Below are positions 14,619 through 28,019 of a stretch of DNA of 64,000 nucleotides, piece after piece. Under the pieces are notes generated by a model, which ran no database searches, was not told the DNA's origin, and was given only the letters and a program-made list of their open reading frames with translations. Numbering within the stretch: the stretch's first letter is position 1; each line of letters begins with the position of its first letter. The translations under genes and the position numbers were made by a program. The stretch is from assembly GCF_018350175.1 (NCBI RefSeq), contig NC_058368.1, positions 202,742,001-202,806,000 on the forward strand. The letters run 5' to 3'. Source of the DNA: Felis catus (lineage: Eukaryota).

Positions 14619-14828
14619 AAAAAAATACATTTACTCATTTTTGAGAGACAGAGAGAGACAGAGCACAAGTGGGGGAGGGGCAGAGAGAGAGGGAGACAGA
14701 ATCCAAAGCAGGGTCCAGGCTCCGAGCTGTCAGCACAGAGCCCGACGTGGGGCTCGAACTCACGAGCTGTGAGATCATGACCTGAGCTGAAGTTGGATGC
14801 CTAACTGACTGAGCCACCCAGGCGCCCC
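14619..14828 (-). mobile_element. Can-SINE
   Basis: Ends gagccacccaggcgcccc. TSD ttttttaccttt. Confidence 0.95.
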
Positions 14829-15329
14829 TTTTTTACCTTTTTAAAACCAATTTACAGAAATGTTCTTAATGTATTTTTGATAGGCTTTAACTATTTTCTT
14901 CAAGATTGTTGTTTCTTTTGTAACTATCACTAACTTTCCTTTTGTCATTCTGATCTTCATTATTGTTGACTCGATTTGAACTTGCCTCTCCTTTCCTTTA
15001 AAGCATTAGAGATTTTGTGTTCCTTAAGTGGCTTTTGTACTCTGCAAAATTATGAAAAGTTTTCCATATTTACCTCTATTTTGTTTGGTTTTATAACATT
15101 TTGTTACTACTTGATTAAAATTTACTGTATTTATGATTATACATACTTGAATTATATTTTTATTTTAGTATTAATCCATCCTGCCTATATTTGTGAGTAT
15201 AGTATGAGATAAGATTCTGTATTTTTCCCCCAAAGAGACAAGTTTATCACCATCACTCATGGAAGATTTCATCCTTTCTGCAAAACTTTGAAATATTTCT
15301 TTAATAATATGCTGATATAATATACACTA

Positions 15330-16220
15330 TTGTAACAACAGAAAATAGTACTGGATTACATATTTAAAAGTTGCTAAGAGCGTGGATCTTCAAAGTTCTT
15401 ATCACAAGAAAAAAAATTTATAACTATATATGGTGGCAGATGTTACCTAGCTTTATTGTAGTGATCATTCCCGAATATATACAAATCTCAAAGTATTATG
15501 TTGTCATGAGCATGCTATGAAGGCACACACACAAGTTGTGTCTTTCTACAGTGTCAGCTTTATTCAATCATAAAGCAAGATTAATATAATTATAAAGCAG
15601 TTTCACGATTCCAAACTCAATGACATTTCACTACTTGTTTAACTTGCTTCTTACATGTCACACAAAGCAAATCACAAGACAAGCAACACATCAAACAGAT
15701 AGAACAGGGGGTAGGGAAATAACAAAACCGAACACGAAATCGGTCTTTGGACACACAGTTGACACAGAGCCTAGGTCTGTCCAGGTCAGCTCTCAGAATG
15801 TGCCGCTGATTATGTCCAAGCAGTGGAGGCTCTCTGTTCTGTTCGGAGATCAATCGATCAGAGCCTTTGGTGGCCGCTGCCTCCAAATCGTCCATGTTTC
15901 ATGTGGTCACACACAAAATGGTCAGTGTCTTGAAAGTCTTAAGGTTGCTACCAAACTCTTCCTTTTTTTAAAGGATTTAACGAGTCTTGGGCCTTTGCAG
16001 ACCTCCTCTGTTTCTGCTGAGCATCGGTTCTGAATGTGTTGTCAGCTCAAGCTGGTTTCGGTGCTATCTGGTCTTAGCTGCAATGCCCTTGGTTCTTGTG
16101 TCACTGCTTGACCTAAGTTACTGCTTGACGTGAGTAACTGCTTTACCCCATGTTGCTCTCTATAGTTGTATACCTGAAACTAACATAATGTGTCAATTAC
16201 ATCTCAATAAAAAAGGAAAA
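15330..16220 (+). mobile_element. L1MA-type 3' end split by an LTR insertion
   Basis: aagttgctaagagcgtggatcttcaaagttcttatcacaag...tattatgttg resumes as gttgtatacctgaaactaac...tctcaataaaaaa. Confidence 0.85.
15502..16164 (-). mobile_element. Probable ERV solo LTR, family unassigned
   Basis: About 660-bp insert interrupting a recognisable L1 3' end, with gttg(t) on both sides. Minus-strand AATAAA at 15559-15564, TATA-like tttaaaaaaa near 15970, short direct repeats at the U3 end. Confidence 0.7.
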
Positions 16221-19012
16221 TCCTCAGTATGGAAAGAGCCCAATTGTTCAATGGATGAGTGGATAAAGAAGATGTACACTTTTCTTAGTTTCTGCCAATT
16301 CTGTTGGAACATTAGAAACTTAATGATTAATAATAGGCCTCTGGTACTACAGTATCAGGACATTGCAAATTTAATGTTTAAATATTCCCCAACACTAGGA
16401 AACTGAAATGTTTTTCTTAGAAAAAGACAAGAAGTCTGTCTTCAAATATCCACAGGTTTATCCTGTAAGCGGCAATTCAAGTGAAGCTCTTTCTCTTCTC
16501 ATAAGTGAGGTACTGAATAAATGATCTGTATTACTTTGCATTCATCCTTCCCAGACTTTATAATACGCCATCTTTAGAAGGCTTCTCAGTCAGAAGCGAT
16601 GTTTCCCACCATTGTGTCTCCATAGTACCTCGCATAGCTTTCCAGAATCCTAGAATCAGTCTACTTCATACTGAAATTAATAGTGTAGTTGCCTATCTTC
16701 CCCCCAATACTGGATGGTAAGCAATGTGTATATCAGAAACATCAGAGAGCTGTTTAAAGCCAAAGATGCTTAGGTCCCACCCATCAGAGATCTAGACTGG
16801 AGACAGATTTTTATTTGTTTATTAGAGACTAGTCAATCAGTGTATCTGGTCCCTTAAAAAAAACAAAATCAGTAATCATTTAAAAAGCATTTAAGTCAGG
16901 TTAGTAACAGTTGAGAAAAAGGCAATGAATTCCATTTTGTCATAGAAAAATAAATATATGCTGAGTTTAAGAAGGTTTCCTCAATAACAGTTAAGAAATA
17001 TTAACTAGGAAAAGTTTTGAATTTTATTAAATGCTTTTTTGGAATATATCAAAATAACCATAAGGTTCTTATCCATTAACCTGTTGTGGCTGACTAAAAT
17101 ATATCAATTCAAGGTCATTAGCTTCCTTGACTTTCCCTCTCACCCATAGTTTTGACGTTTCCAGCTTCTCTTTCTTCCTACTTGTCTTTGTCATGATTCT
17201 GTTTTGCCTCATCAGCCCCTTAGCCTTTTGTGCAGATTGTGCAAAGGAAAAAAGAAATTTGGAAAAGCTAAGAACCAAAAAATTCTACTTTAGAAAGTAC
17301 AGAGAATCAATATTCCAATAAAGAAAAAAAGGGTAAATGATGGGGTAAGAAATAAAAGCATACATGTACAGGCCAAGTTTGGGGAAAGTTTGGGAGGGAA
17401 AACATTTTGAAGCAATTAATGGGGGTGTGATAAATATGTAGAAGAAACATCTAGAAAGGACTTTCTGGAAGCTTTATTATGCATTAAGAATGTATTTTTA
17501 CATTTGACATACATTTTGTCAATTCAGAGGAGTTTTAATTACTGTACAGTTATATTTTCTAGTATGATTAAGGTTTTATACAAAGACTGTGACACCTCCC
17601 TAGGTTTAAGTGGATTACACTATTAGTAAAGTCAGTTTATAGTAATGAATATCGTTGTGTTGAGTCACAAGATCATTAATGGGATAAAAACTAGTTTGTC
17701 CTGATTTATTATTTTGAACACGTAGCATCTCTGTTTATAGGTGAAATTGGGGCTGTTATTTATTGTCATGGTGGTTATTTTTGTGATCCCCTAGCTGATT
17801 TTGGATATCAGGTTTTATTTACTTCTTGGAGAGAATAAGAGAACTTTCTTAAAAATGTATTCTCTATTTTAAGGAAGTTTAAACAACCTAGGCATTACCA
17901 TTACTTGAAGCCTACTTTGGTTTCACAGATAAAGCCACTTGTGTCTGATTCTCTGTCTTCTATAGTTATTAAAGTATTTCAGGTTTCTACTTCTTTATGA
18001 GTAATCGTTTAGTTCATCTAATTCAATTGTTCATAATACTGAAAAGCTTAAGAAAAAATCTGATGCCAGGGCCAAATTATACCTTAGGGTTTCTGATGGA
18101 ATTGAGTGATGTTGAGATCCAAATATCAGCATGAAAAAAAAATCCCCAGAAGATTCCAGATAATTTTCACATTATATATATGTATACATAGTTCCCTTTT
18201 TATTTTCAATAAACATTTAATTTTTAATTTTAGATACAACAGTTTTAAATACAAAATGATTATAGAGAATTCCATATATCTCATACTCAGTTTTCTATTA
18301 TTAAAATTTACCATTACTATGATACATTTGTCACGATTAATGAATCAATATTGATACATTATTATTAATAAGTACTTAATAAAGCACACACTTCATTCAG
18401 ATTTTCCAATTTTTAACCTAATATCTTCTTTTCATTCAGGATCCCATTTACTTGTAATGTCCTCTGGTTTGCTCTTGGTTTTTAAAGTTTCTTAGACTTT
18501 CCTTGTTTTTGATGAACTTCACAATTTTGAGGAACATTAGTAAGGTATCTTATAGAATGTCCCTTAGTTGGAATGTGCCTGATGATTTTATGATTAGATT
18601 GGGATAAATTTGGGGGGAAGGAAGATTATACACAAAAAATGCCATTATCTGCACATAATATCCAAGGTATATACTATCAATATGTCTTACCACTGTTGAT
18701 GTTAACCTTGATCACTTGGACAGAGATAGTGTTTGTCAGGCTTCTCCACTGTAAAGTTACTCTTTTCCCCCCTCATTCCATACTTCCCTCTTTGAAAGAG
18801 AGTCACTAAGCATAGCCGATGACTAAGGACTGGGAAATAATGTTCCACTTTCTTAAGGACAGACTATGTACATAAATTATTTGAAATTACTCTAAGTGGG
18901 ATATTTATTTACTGTCTTACATTTTTATTTATTTATTAAATCCTTTTTTTATATATAAGTATGGACTCATGAATATTTTATAATTTGGTTTATAATCCAA
19001 TACTACTTTATT

Positions 19013-19895
19013 TGTTTTCATTTGTTTTTAATTCCTGCATAGTTAACGTATGGTGTTATAGTAGTTTCAGTGTACTATATAGTAATTCCACAATTCCATA
19101 TATTACTCAGTGCCGATCCAGATAAGTGTACTCTTAATCCCTTTCACTTGGGGCGCCTGGGTGGCGAAGTCAGTTAAGCGTCCGACTTCAGCCAGGTCAC
19201 GATCTCGCGTTCCGGGAGTTCGAGCCCCGCGTCAGGCTCTGGGCTGATGGCTCGGAGCCTGGAGCCTGTTTCCGATTCTGTGTCTCCCTCTCTCTCTGCC
19301 CCTCCCCTGTTCATGCTCTGTCTCTCTCTGTCCCAAAAATAAATAAACGTTGAAAAAAAAAAATCCCTTTCACCTATTGTCTCTCATCCCTGCACCCACC
19401 TGCCCTCTGGTAACCATTTAGTTCTCTATGGTTAAGAGTCTGCTTTTTGGTTTCACTCTCTCTCTTTTCCTTTGTTAGAATTTGTTTCTCAAATTCCACA
19501 TATGAGTGCAATCATATGGTATTTGTCTTTCTCTGACTGACTTATTTTGCTTAGTATTATACTCTCCAGCTTCATCTGTCTTGTTGCAAATGGCAAGATT
19601 TCATTCTTTTTATGGCTGAATAATATTCCATTGTATATATACCACATCTTTAGCCATTCATCCATTGATGGATACTTGGGCTCCTTCCATGTTTTAGATA
19701 TTGTAAATAATGCTGCAGTAAGCATGGGGGTGCATATATCCCTTGAATTAGTGTTTTTGTATTCTTTGGGTAAATACCCCAAAAGTGCAATTACTGGATT
19801 GTAGGGTACTACTATTTTTAATTTTTTGAGGAACCTCCATACTGTCTTCCACGGTGGCTGCACCTGGTTTTATTCCCACCAACAGTGCACAAGGG
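19013..19895 (-). mobile_element. 5'-truncated carnivore L1 inserted in an older L1
   Basis: ORF2 C-terminal peptide [17 protein letters not shown]. 17-bp TSD tccaat(a/c)ctactttatt at 18996-19012 and 19896-19912. Confidence 0.92.
19150..19361 (+). mobile_element. Young CpG-rich Can-SINE
   Basis: About 14 intact CpGs. Perfect 12-bp TSD aatccctttcac. Confidence 0.96.
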
Positions 19896-20426
19896 TCCAA
19901 TCCTACTTTATTAATTGTATTGCTCAAATTATTCCAACTTTGGCCATTTGGACCTCTTTCAATTGGCCCCTGTGTACCTTTGAAACACTCCTGTTATTGT
20001 GAGTTTGGGGCTTTTTTCTCTGTCTTGTTGAGATTTTTTTTTTCCAGCGTTGTAAAATGCACCTGGCTCATTTTGTATATTTCCTACCCAGTCATAGATT
20101 CAGCCGTTCCACCAAGGATCTCTGGTTCTGTTCATTGGAGAGTAGTTTTAGAAACAAAGATCTGGACACCAGGTGTACTCATTACTACTGGGCTATCATT
20201 ACTTCTAGACCCTCTCAGATGACAAGGCAAAGAGTTATATATTCATATACTAACGTGTATATACACATATCTATAATAAATACTTCTACGTGTATCCATC
20301 TGTACCCATGTTAAGCTAAATATGAGCTCATACTGATATTTCCAACTCTAATCCATTACCACATGGATTGTTTTTGACCTTCTTTTCCTGTTTATCTATA
20401 ATATTTCACTCAAAAGTAAGAAATCT

Positions 20427-20632
20427 GGGGCATCTGGGTGGTTTAATTGGTTAAGCATCTGATTTCAGCTCAGATCATCATCTCACAGTTCATGAGTTCA
20501 AGCCTCACATTGGGCTCTCTGTTGTCAGTGTAGAGCCTGCTTTGGGTCCTCTGTCTCCCTCTCTCTCTCTCTGCCCCTCCCCTGCTCGCTCATGCTCTCT
20601 CTCTCTTTCAAAAATAAATAAATATTTAAGAA
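20427..20632 (+). mobile_element. Can-SINE
   Basis: TSD aaaagtaagaaatctgg. Confidence 0.94.
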
Positions 20633-21616
20633 AAAAGTAAGAAATCTGGTTTCCACTATATATTAACTTAATTGTTCAGTTGTAGTATACCTGTATAGTG
20701 GTTTCAGAATTGTTAATCTGTACATCCATAGGAAATAACTTTATCAACTGGAGTATAAATCTAATGTTAAGCTCTTTTTGCCTCTCCACTCATTTGCAAA
20801 GATGCTTAGGTCAGTATCTTATTCCCCAATCCCCCTCAGTGAGATTGTTTTGATATTTGTAATCCATTTATATTCTTTTGTTACATTCTGCATTCTACTC
20901 TGAGAACTTCTGACTTCCTCAATTATTTTTTTAATTTGCGTACCACATATGATTTACTTTTTGTGCTGTAAAGTTTTATAGGTTTGGACAAATGCTTACT
21001 GTCCTCTATTCACCATTATGATATACAGATTAGTTTTACCACCTAAAAAAAAAAAATTGTGTGTGTCACCTATTCAATTCTCCTGCTCCCCAACCTATGG
21101 CAACCACTGATCTGTTTACTATCTCACTGGTTTTTTCTTGTCCAAATGTCATATAATTGGAATCCTACAATATGTAAAATTGTGGGTTTTTTAATTTCGA
21201 ATTCCAATTGTTAATTTCTGTAATACAGGAAATTTAGTTTTATATATTAACCTTTCATTCAGTGGTCTTCTATACTCACTTATCAGTTAAGGATTTGGGT
21301 CAATTCTTTGGGATTTTCTTCATAGATAACCTTGTCACCTACAAATAGAGACAGTGATATTTCTTTATTTCTAATCCATATACCTTTTATTACCTTTTCT
21401 TATTTAACTGGCAAGGACTTCTAGTAATATGTTGAATTGGAGCAGTGAGAGAGAACATCCTTGCCCTGATCTTAGTCCTTGTAGAGAATTTTTTCCCCTT
21501 GATTTTAGAGTAAAGCATATAATTTCTCACTATTAAAAATGATTTTGAAGTTTTGTAGATATTTCTTATCACATTGAGGAACTTTTCCCATTACCACTTC
21601 TGTGAGAGTTTTTTTT

Positions 21617-21734
21617 TACATATATTTTTGTATTTTTTTATTATTTAAGTAATCTCTATGCCCAGAGTGAGGCTCAAACTCACAACCGAGATCAAGAGTT
21701 GCATGCTCTAGTGACTGAGCCACCCAGGCTCCCC
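21617..21734 (-). mobile_element. Short-type Can-SINE
   Basis: gagatcaagagttgcatgctctagtgactgagccacccagg. Confidence 0.85.
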
Positions 21735-21750
21735 AAGAGTTATTTCTTTT

Positions 21751-21840
21751 ATATATATATACACATACATATACATATATATGTATATATGTATATACAC
21801 ATACATATATACATATATATACATATATATATATATATAT
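21751..21840. repeat. Compound (TA)/(CA) microsatellite
   Basis: Direct reading. Confidence 0.95.
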
Positions 21841-22085
21841 GTGGTAGGTTACATTGATTGAATTTGATTTTGAATGTTGAGCCAACCTTGCATACCTGAA
21901 ATAATTTTTAATGTAGAAAAATGTATTAAAATGTGTAAAAATGGTTGGATTCAATTTTCTAATATTTTGATCACAATTTTTCTGTTTATGTTCATGAGAG
22001 ATATAGCTCTGTACTTATTCTTTCCTGTAATGTAGTTTTTTGGTTTGGTTTCATTTCGTTTCCTATGAAAATAATTCTCACTTCA

Positions 22086-22292
22086 GGAGTGCCTGGGTGG
22101 CAAAGTTAGTTAAACATCAGACTCCAACTCATGTCATGATCTCACGGTTCCTGAATTTGAGCCCCGCATCAGGCTCTCCACTGTCAGCACAGAGCCCGCT
22201 TTGGATCTCCTCTCTCTCTCTCTTTCTCTCTCTGCCCCTCCCCAGCTCACGTGCTCTCTCTCTCTCTCTCAAAAATAAATAAACATTAAAAA
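22086..22292 (+). mobile_element. Can-SINE
   Basis: TSD aaaataatt(c/t)tcacttca. Confidence 0.94.
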
Positions 22293-24902
22293 ATAATTTT
22301 CACTTCATAGAATGAAATAAAAAGTGTTCTTTCTGCTCCTATTTTCTGGAAAAAATTGTGGAGAATTGATATTGTTGCTTCCTTTTATATTTGGCAGAAT
22401 TCATTAGTGAAAACATCTGTGATTCATATTTTGCAGGTTATTAATTACTGATTCAATTTCCTTGATAGTTATAAGGTTATTCATCTATGTATTTCTCATT
22501 GTGTGAATTTAGGTTACACTTTCCGGGAATTGCTCCATTTCATCAAAATTTTCAAATTACAGACATAAAGTTGTTTGTTGTATTCTTTTATTACCCCTTT
22601 TTAATTACTCCAGGATCAGTAGTGATTATCACTTTCATTTTTGATGTTGATAATTTGTGTTCTTTCTCTCTGTCTCCCTCTTTCCCTCTCTGTCTCTCAT
22701 TAACTTTCCTAGAAAAAAAAATTGAAAGTCTTTTTAAGAATTAGATTTTGCTTTCATTGATGTTCTCCATTGTCTTGTTTTCAGTTTTATCGATTTCTAC
22801 TCTAATTTTTTATTATTTCCATATTCTTCTAGCTTTAGACTTAAATTGCTCCTTTCTATAGTTGTTAAAATGGAAGCTTATATTGCCGATATATATCTCT
22901 CTTCCATGTATTTAATGCTCTATGCTATAAATTCTTCTCTAAATATTGTTTTTCCTGCCTCCCACAAATTTGATGTCATATTTTATTTTTCTATAGCTCA
23001 AAATGTCTGTTCGATTTCTTTTGAGACTTCTTCCTTACTTATATACTATTTAAAGTCTTTTAAATATTTGGGGATTTTCAAGATATTTTTTCATTGTCAA
23101 TTTCTAGTTTGATTCCATTGTGACCTGGAAATTTACTTTGTATGGTTTCCATTATTTTATGTTTGCTAAGTTGTATATTATGGCTGTGTATCTTGTTGGA
23201 TGTTTCATATGAGCTTGAGGAGAATGTATACTAGTTATATTAGATGGAGCATTCTATACATGTCAATTGGATCACATTAATTGATACTTCAGGTCAAACC
23301 AACTATGTCCTTGCTGATTTTTAGCCTGCTTTATCTACTAATTAATAAAAGAGGGGTGTTGAAGTCTACAATTTTAATAAAGAAATTGCTTATTTCTCTT
23401 TGCAGGACCATCAGGTTTTTCCGCATGTATTTTTTGACATTCTGTTGTTGAGTGCATACATGTTTAGCATTGTTATATCTACTTGGAGAATTGACCCCTT
23501 TACCATTGTGTAATGCCCTATTTTATTCCTGGTATTTTTTCTTGTCCTGAAATCGGCTTTGTCCAAAATGAATACAGCTACTCTAGCTTTCTTTTGATTG
23601 GTATTAATATTATCTATCTTTCTATTGCCCTATACTTTTTTATATATTTTTTTATTGTGACAAAATACACACACATAAAATCTGCCATCTTAACTCTTTT
23701 TAAGTGTATGCTTTAGTGGTATTAAACACACTCACATGTTCTGCCAGTACCACCATCCATCTCCAGAACTTTTCATCTTGTAAAATCACAACTCTATATC
23801 TATTAAACAATAAATCCCCATTTCCCCTTTCCTTCCAGTCCTTGGCAATCACTATTCTACTTTCCATCTCTGTGATTTTTTTTTCATTACTCTACATATC
23901 TCATATAAGTAGAATCCTATAGCCTTTATCTTTTTGTGACTGGCTTATTTCACTTAGCATGGTGTCTTCCAGGTTCATCTATGTTGTAGCATACGTCAGA
24001 ATTTTCTTTCTTTTTAAGGCTGAATAATGCTTTATTGTATGTCTGTAGCACATCTTACATATTCATTCATTAGCTAACAACTTAGTGACTCGCATTTATA
24101 GCTACTGTGGAGTGCTGCTATGTACATGGATGTATAAATATCTCTTTGAGACCCCATTTTCAATTCCTTTATGTATATACTCACAAGTAAAATTGCTGGA
24201 TCATATGGTAATTCCATTTTTTTTTTTTTGAGGAATCCTCATAGTGTTTTCCATGGTGACAGTACCATTGTACATTCTCACCAACAGCACACAAGTCTTC
24301 CAATTTTTCCATGTTTTCAACCTTGTGTGTCTTTTTGTTTTTTGCTAGTAATCTTCCTAATGTGTGACTTGGTATCGTATTATTGTTTTGATTGGCATTT
24401 CCCTTATGATTAGTGATGTTGAGCATATTTTCATGTTTGTTAGTCATTTGTATATTTTCTTTGGAGAAATATCTATTCAGATTCTTTCCCTCTTTTTGAA
24501 TCAGGTTGTTTGGTGTTGATTTTTAGGAGTTTTCTATATATTTTGGATGTTAATCTCTCATCGCATACATGATTTGAAAATATTTTATTTGCCTTTTTAT
24601 TCTGTTGATACTGTATTTTGATGCACATTTTTTAAAATTTTCATGAAGCCCAATTATCTGTGTTTTCTTTACTTACCTGTGTCTTTGATGTCTATCCACA
24701 AAATAATTGCCAAATCCAATGTTGTGGAGCTTCCTTCATGTTTTCTTCTAAGAGTTTTATATAGTTTTAGGTCTTACGTTTAGGTCTTTGGTCCATTTTT
24801 AGTTAATTTTTATTTGTAGTGTTAGATATTGGTTTAACTGTATTCTTTGCAGATGGATATCTAGTTTTCCCAGAACCACTTATTTAAAAGACTGTCTTTT
24901 AC

Positions 24903-25126
24903 TTTTTTTTAATTTTTTTTTAACGTTTATTTATCGTTGAGAGACAAAGAGAGACAGAGCATGAGCATGGGAAGGGCAGAGAGAGGAGGAAACACAGAAT
25001 ACGAAGCAAGCTCCAGGCTCTAAGCTGTCAGCACAGAACCTGACACAGGGCTCGAACTCACAAACCGCGAGATCATGACCTGAGTCGAAATCAGACACTT
25101 AACCGACTGAGCCACCCAGCCACCCC
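24903..25126 (-). mobile_element. Can-SINE
   Basis: TSD ctgtc(t/c)tttactttt. Confidence 0.94.
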
Positions 25127-26170
25127 TGTCCTTTACTTTTAAATAATCTTGTCACCCTTGTTAAAACTCATTTGATCATATATGCAATGGGTTATTTCTG
25201 TACAATCATTTAATTTTTTAAAAACTGTGGTTTTTAGAATGGCTTTAGGGTTACCACAAAATTGGAAGGAAAGTACAGAGGTTTTCCATGGACTTAACTC
25301 CGTGCCCCCACACATGCTCAGCCTCCACATTGTTAACATCACTCACCAGAATGGCACCATGAATGAACCTACACTGATACAGCATAATCACCTCAAGTCC
25401 ATGATTTACCTTAGGATTCATTCTTGGAATGGTATATTTGATGATTTTAGACAAATGTATATGACATATATACATCAGTGTAATATATACAAAGTATTTT
25501 CACTGCCCTGAAAGTCCTCGGTGCTTTCCCAGTTTATCTCTTCTCCATCTGCCCAACAATCACTGAACTTTTTATTGCCTCCATGGTTTTGTCTTTTCAG
25601 ACATATCATATGTTGTAATAATACCATATGTAGCCTTTTAGATAGTCTTCATTCAGTTAGTAATATGCATTTAAAGTTTGCCCATGTCTTTTTATTGCTT
25701 GACAGCTTGTTTCTTTCTAGTGCTGAATAATATTCCATTATCTGAATGTATCACAGTATATTTATCCATTCACCTCCGGAAAAACATCTTAGTTGTTTCC
25801 AAGTTTTGGCAATTATGAATAAAGCTGCTATAAACATCCAAGTTTTTTGTGGACATGTTTTCAACTCCTTTGGGTAAATACTAAGGAGTGTGATTACTAG
25901 ATTATATGGTGAGAGTATTTTTAGTTTTTTAAGTATCTGCCAAACTGTCTTTCAAAGTGGCTATACTATTTTGCATTCCCACCAGCAATGAATGAGAGTT
26001 ATTGTAGCTCAAAATGCTCACCAGTATTTATTTTGTGTTGTCAGTGTTCTGGATTTTAGCCATTCTAATATGTCTATAGTGATACCTTATTGTTTTAATT
26101 TACATTTACCTGATGACGTATTATGTAGAACATCTTTTCATATGCTTATTTATCAAGTGTGTATATTCTT

Positions 26171-26233
26171 TTTTTTCTTAAGGTGATTTTATTAAAGCAT
26201 GGGGACAGGACCCAGGGGCAGGAAGAGCTGCCT
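26171..26233 (-). mobile_element. Very short polyadenylated retroposed fragment
   Basis: Reverse complement gaggcagctcttcctgcccctgggtcctgtccccatgctttAATAAAatcaccttaag(A)n. Flanked by a 17-bp duplication with 2 mismatches. Confidence 0.75.
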
Positions 26234-26643
26234 CATGTGTATATATTCTTAATTGAGGTATCTGTTAAGATCTTTGGTCCATTTTTATTCAAGTTGTTTT
26301 TTTTCCTGTTGAGTTTTAAGACTTTTGTATATTTTTAGATAAAAGGTTTTTATCAAATGTGTATTTTGCAAATATTTTCTTCCAGTCTGTGGCTTGTCTT
26401 CTTATTCTGTTCACATTTTCTTTGCAGAACAGAGGTTTTTAATTTTAATGAAGTCTATGTTATCAATTATTTCTTTTATAGATTGTGTCTTTGGTATTGT
26501 ATCTAAGAAAGGCATCAGCATGCCCAGGGTTATCTAGATTTCTCCTATGTTATCATCTAGGAGTTTTATAGTTTGTGTTTTACATTTAGGTCTATGATAT
26601 ATTTTGAGTTAATTTTTGTGAATGCTACAAAGGCTGTGCCTTT

Positions 26644-26645
<2 letters not shown>

Positions 26646-26681
<36 letters not shown>
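26646..26681. repeat. (TG)18 microsatellite
   Basis: Direct reading. Confidence 0.95.
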
Positions 26682-26682
<1 letters not shown>

Positions 26683-27411
26683 ATGTCTGGTTGTCCCAGC
26701 ACCATTTGTTGAAGGCACCATCTTTTCTCCATTGTATTGCCCTTCCTTCTTTACCAAAGATTATTTGACTATATCTAAAGACGTCATTTCTGGGCTCTCT
26801 GTTTTGTTTCACTGATCTGTCTATCCTTACACCAATACCACACCATCTTGATTCCTGTAGCTTTATAGTAAGTCTTGAAGTAAGTCAGTCCTCCAACTTT
26901 GTTCTTCTTCCATATTATGTTGCCTATTCTGGGTCTTTTGCATCTCCATATAAACTTGGAATCAATTTATCAATAATCCATAAAATAACTTGCTAGGATT
27001 GTGATTGGATTGAATTGAATCTATAGATCAAACTGGGAAGAACTGACATCTTGACACTTTAAGTTTATATCTTCTTGTCTAAATGTATGGACTATCTCTC
27101 CATTTATTTTGTTTTTATTTTATTTTATTTTATTTTATTTTATTTTATTCCACTCAAAGGGAATAAGAACATCCAAACATGTCAGAACTAAAACTGAAAA
27201 CCCTCTCATGTTTGTTTAATCTCTTCTAATTCTATAATATACATCTTTTCCATAACACAGTTCTTTTTTATTTTGTCACTTTTTTTCCGGAATCACTTGC
27301 ATTAATATTTGTTCTTTTTCTCATGGCGCCTTCAAAGAAAGAGGTTTTTCTTTGAACCAATTTCTGGGTGTTTTTTCTTTATGAAACCTTTCATTTTCTT
27401 TAGGTTTTAGG

Positions 27412-27446
27412 TTTTTTAATATTAATTTATTTTTGAGAGAGAAAGA

Positions 27447-27480
<34 letters not shown>

Positions 27481-27635
27481 TGTAGGGGCAGAGAGAGAGG
27501 GAGAGAGAGAATCCCAAGCACCTAAGAGCTAACAGGATAGAGCCCAATGCAGGGCTCAATGTCACAAACCATGAGATCATGACCTGAGCCAAAATCAAGA
27601 GTTGGCCAGTTAACCAACTAAGCCACCCAGGCACC
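27412..27635 (-). mobile_element. Can-SINE with internal (TG)n
   Basis: gagatcatgacctgagcc...agccacccaggcacc. Confidence 0.92.
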
Positions 27636-27817
27636 TAGTTTTTAGCTTTTGCCTTTTCTTTTAGTTTCTTGAGTGAAAAATATTAGTGTATTTATTTTCA
27701 ACCATTCTTCCTTGTGATGACTGCAATTTAAGTACATATAAATCTGACTATACTGCTTTAGTCAGATTTCATTGAATTCTTTAGATAAGGATTTATTATT
27801 CTTTCTTTTTTAATATT

Positions 27818-27923
27818 CTTTTTATTTTTTATTTTTTTTAATGTCTTTACCCCACGAGGGACTTGAACTCATGACCCTGAGATGAAGTGCCACGTGCTCT
27901 TCTGACTGAGCCATCCAGGCACC
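27818..27923 (-). mobile_element. Short-type Can-SINE
   Basis: cttgaactcatgaccctgagatgaag...gactgagccatccaggcac. Confidence 0.8.
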
Positions 27924-28019
27924 ACTATTTTTGCTTATTTCTAAATAGATTGCACTTTCACTCTGAAGTTATTGCATAGTTCATGAGTTGTCTTTTATTT
28001 ACATTGTTGTTAAAAAACA

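Larger units (their letters stand above)
18200..27120 (-). mobile_element. Cluster of nested antisense L1 fragments of several ages (L1MC/MB/MD-like and carnivore L1)
   Basis: Multiple L1 3' ends (about 18200, 19013, 23645, 25210) and degenerate ORF2 stretches, interrupted by SINEs and microsatellites. Confidence 0.85.

Noticed and set aside
16103..16146. Regularly spaced repeats as a CRISPR-like array
   Set aside because: Only three 10-mers with 7-nt spacers, in mammalian DNA and with no cas genes. They fit LTR U3 repeats.
19150..19240. tRNA-like A/B boxes in SINE heads as tRNA genes
   Set aside because: Can-SINEs are tRNA-derived, and each continues into the SINE body and tail.
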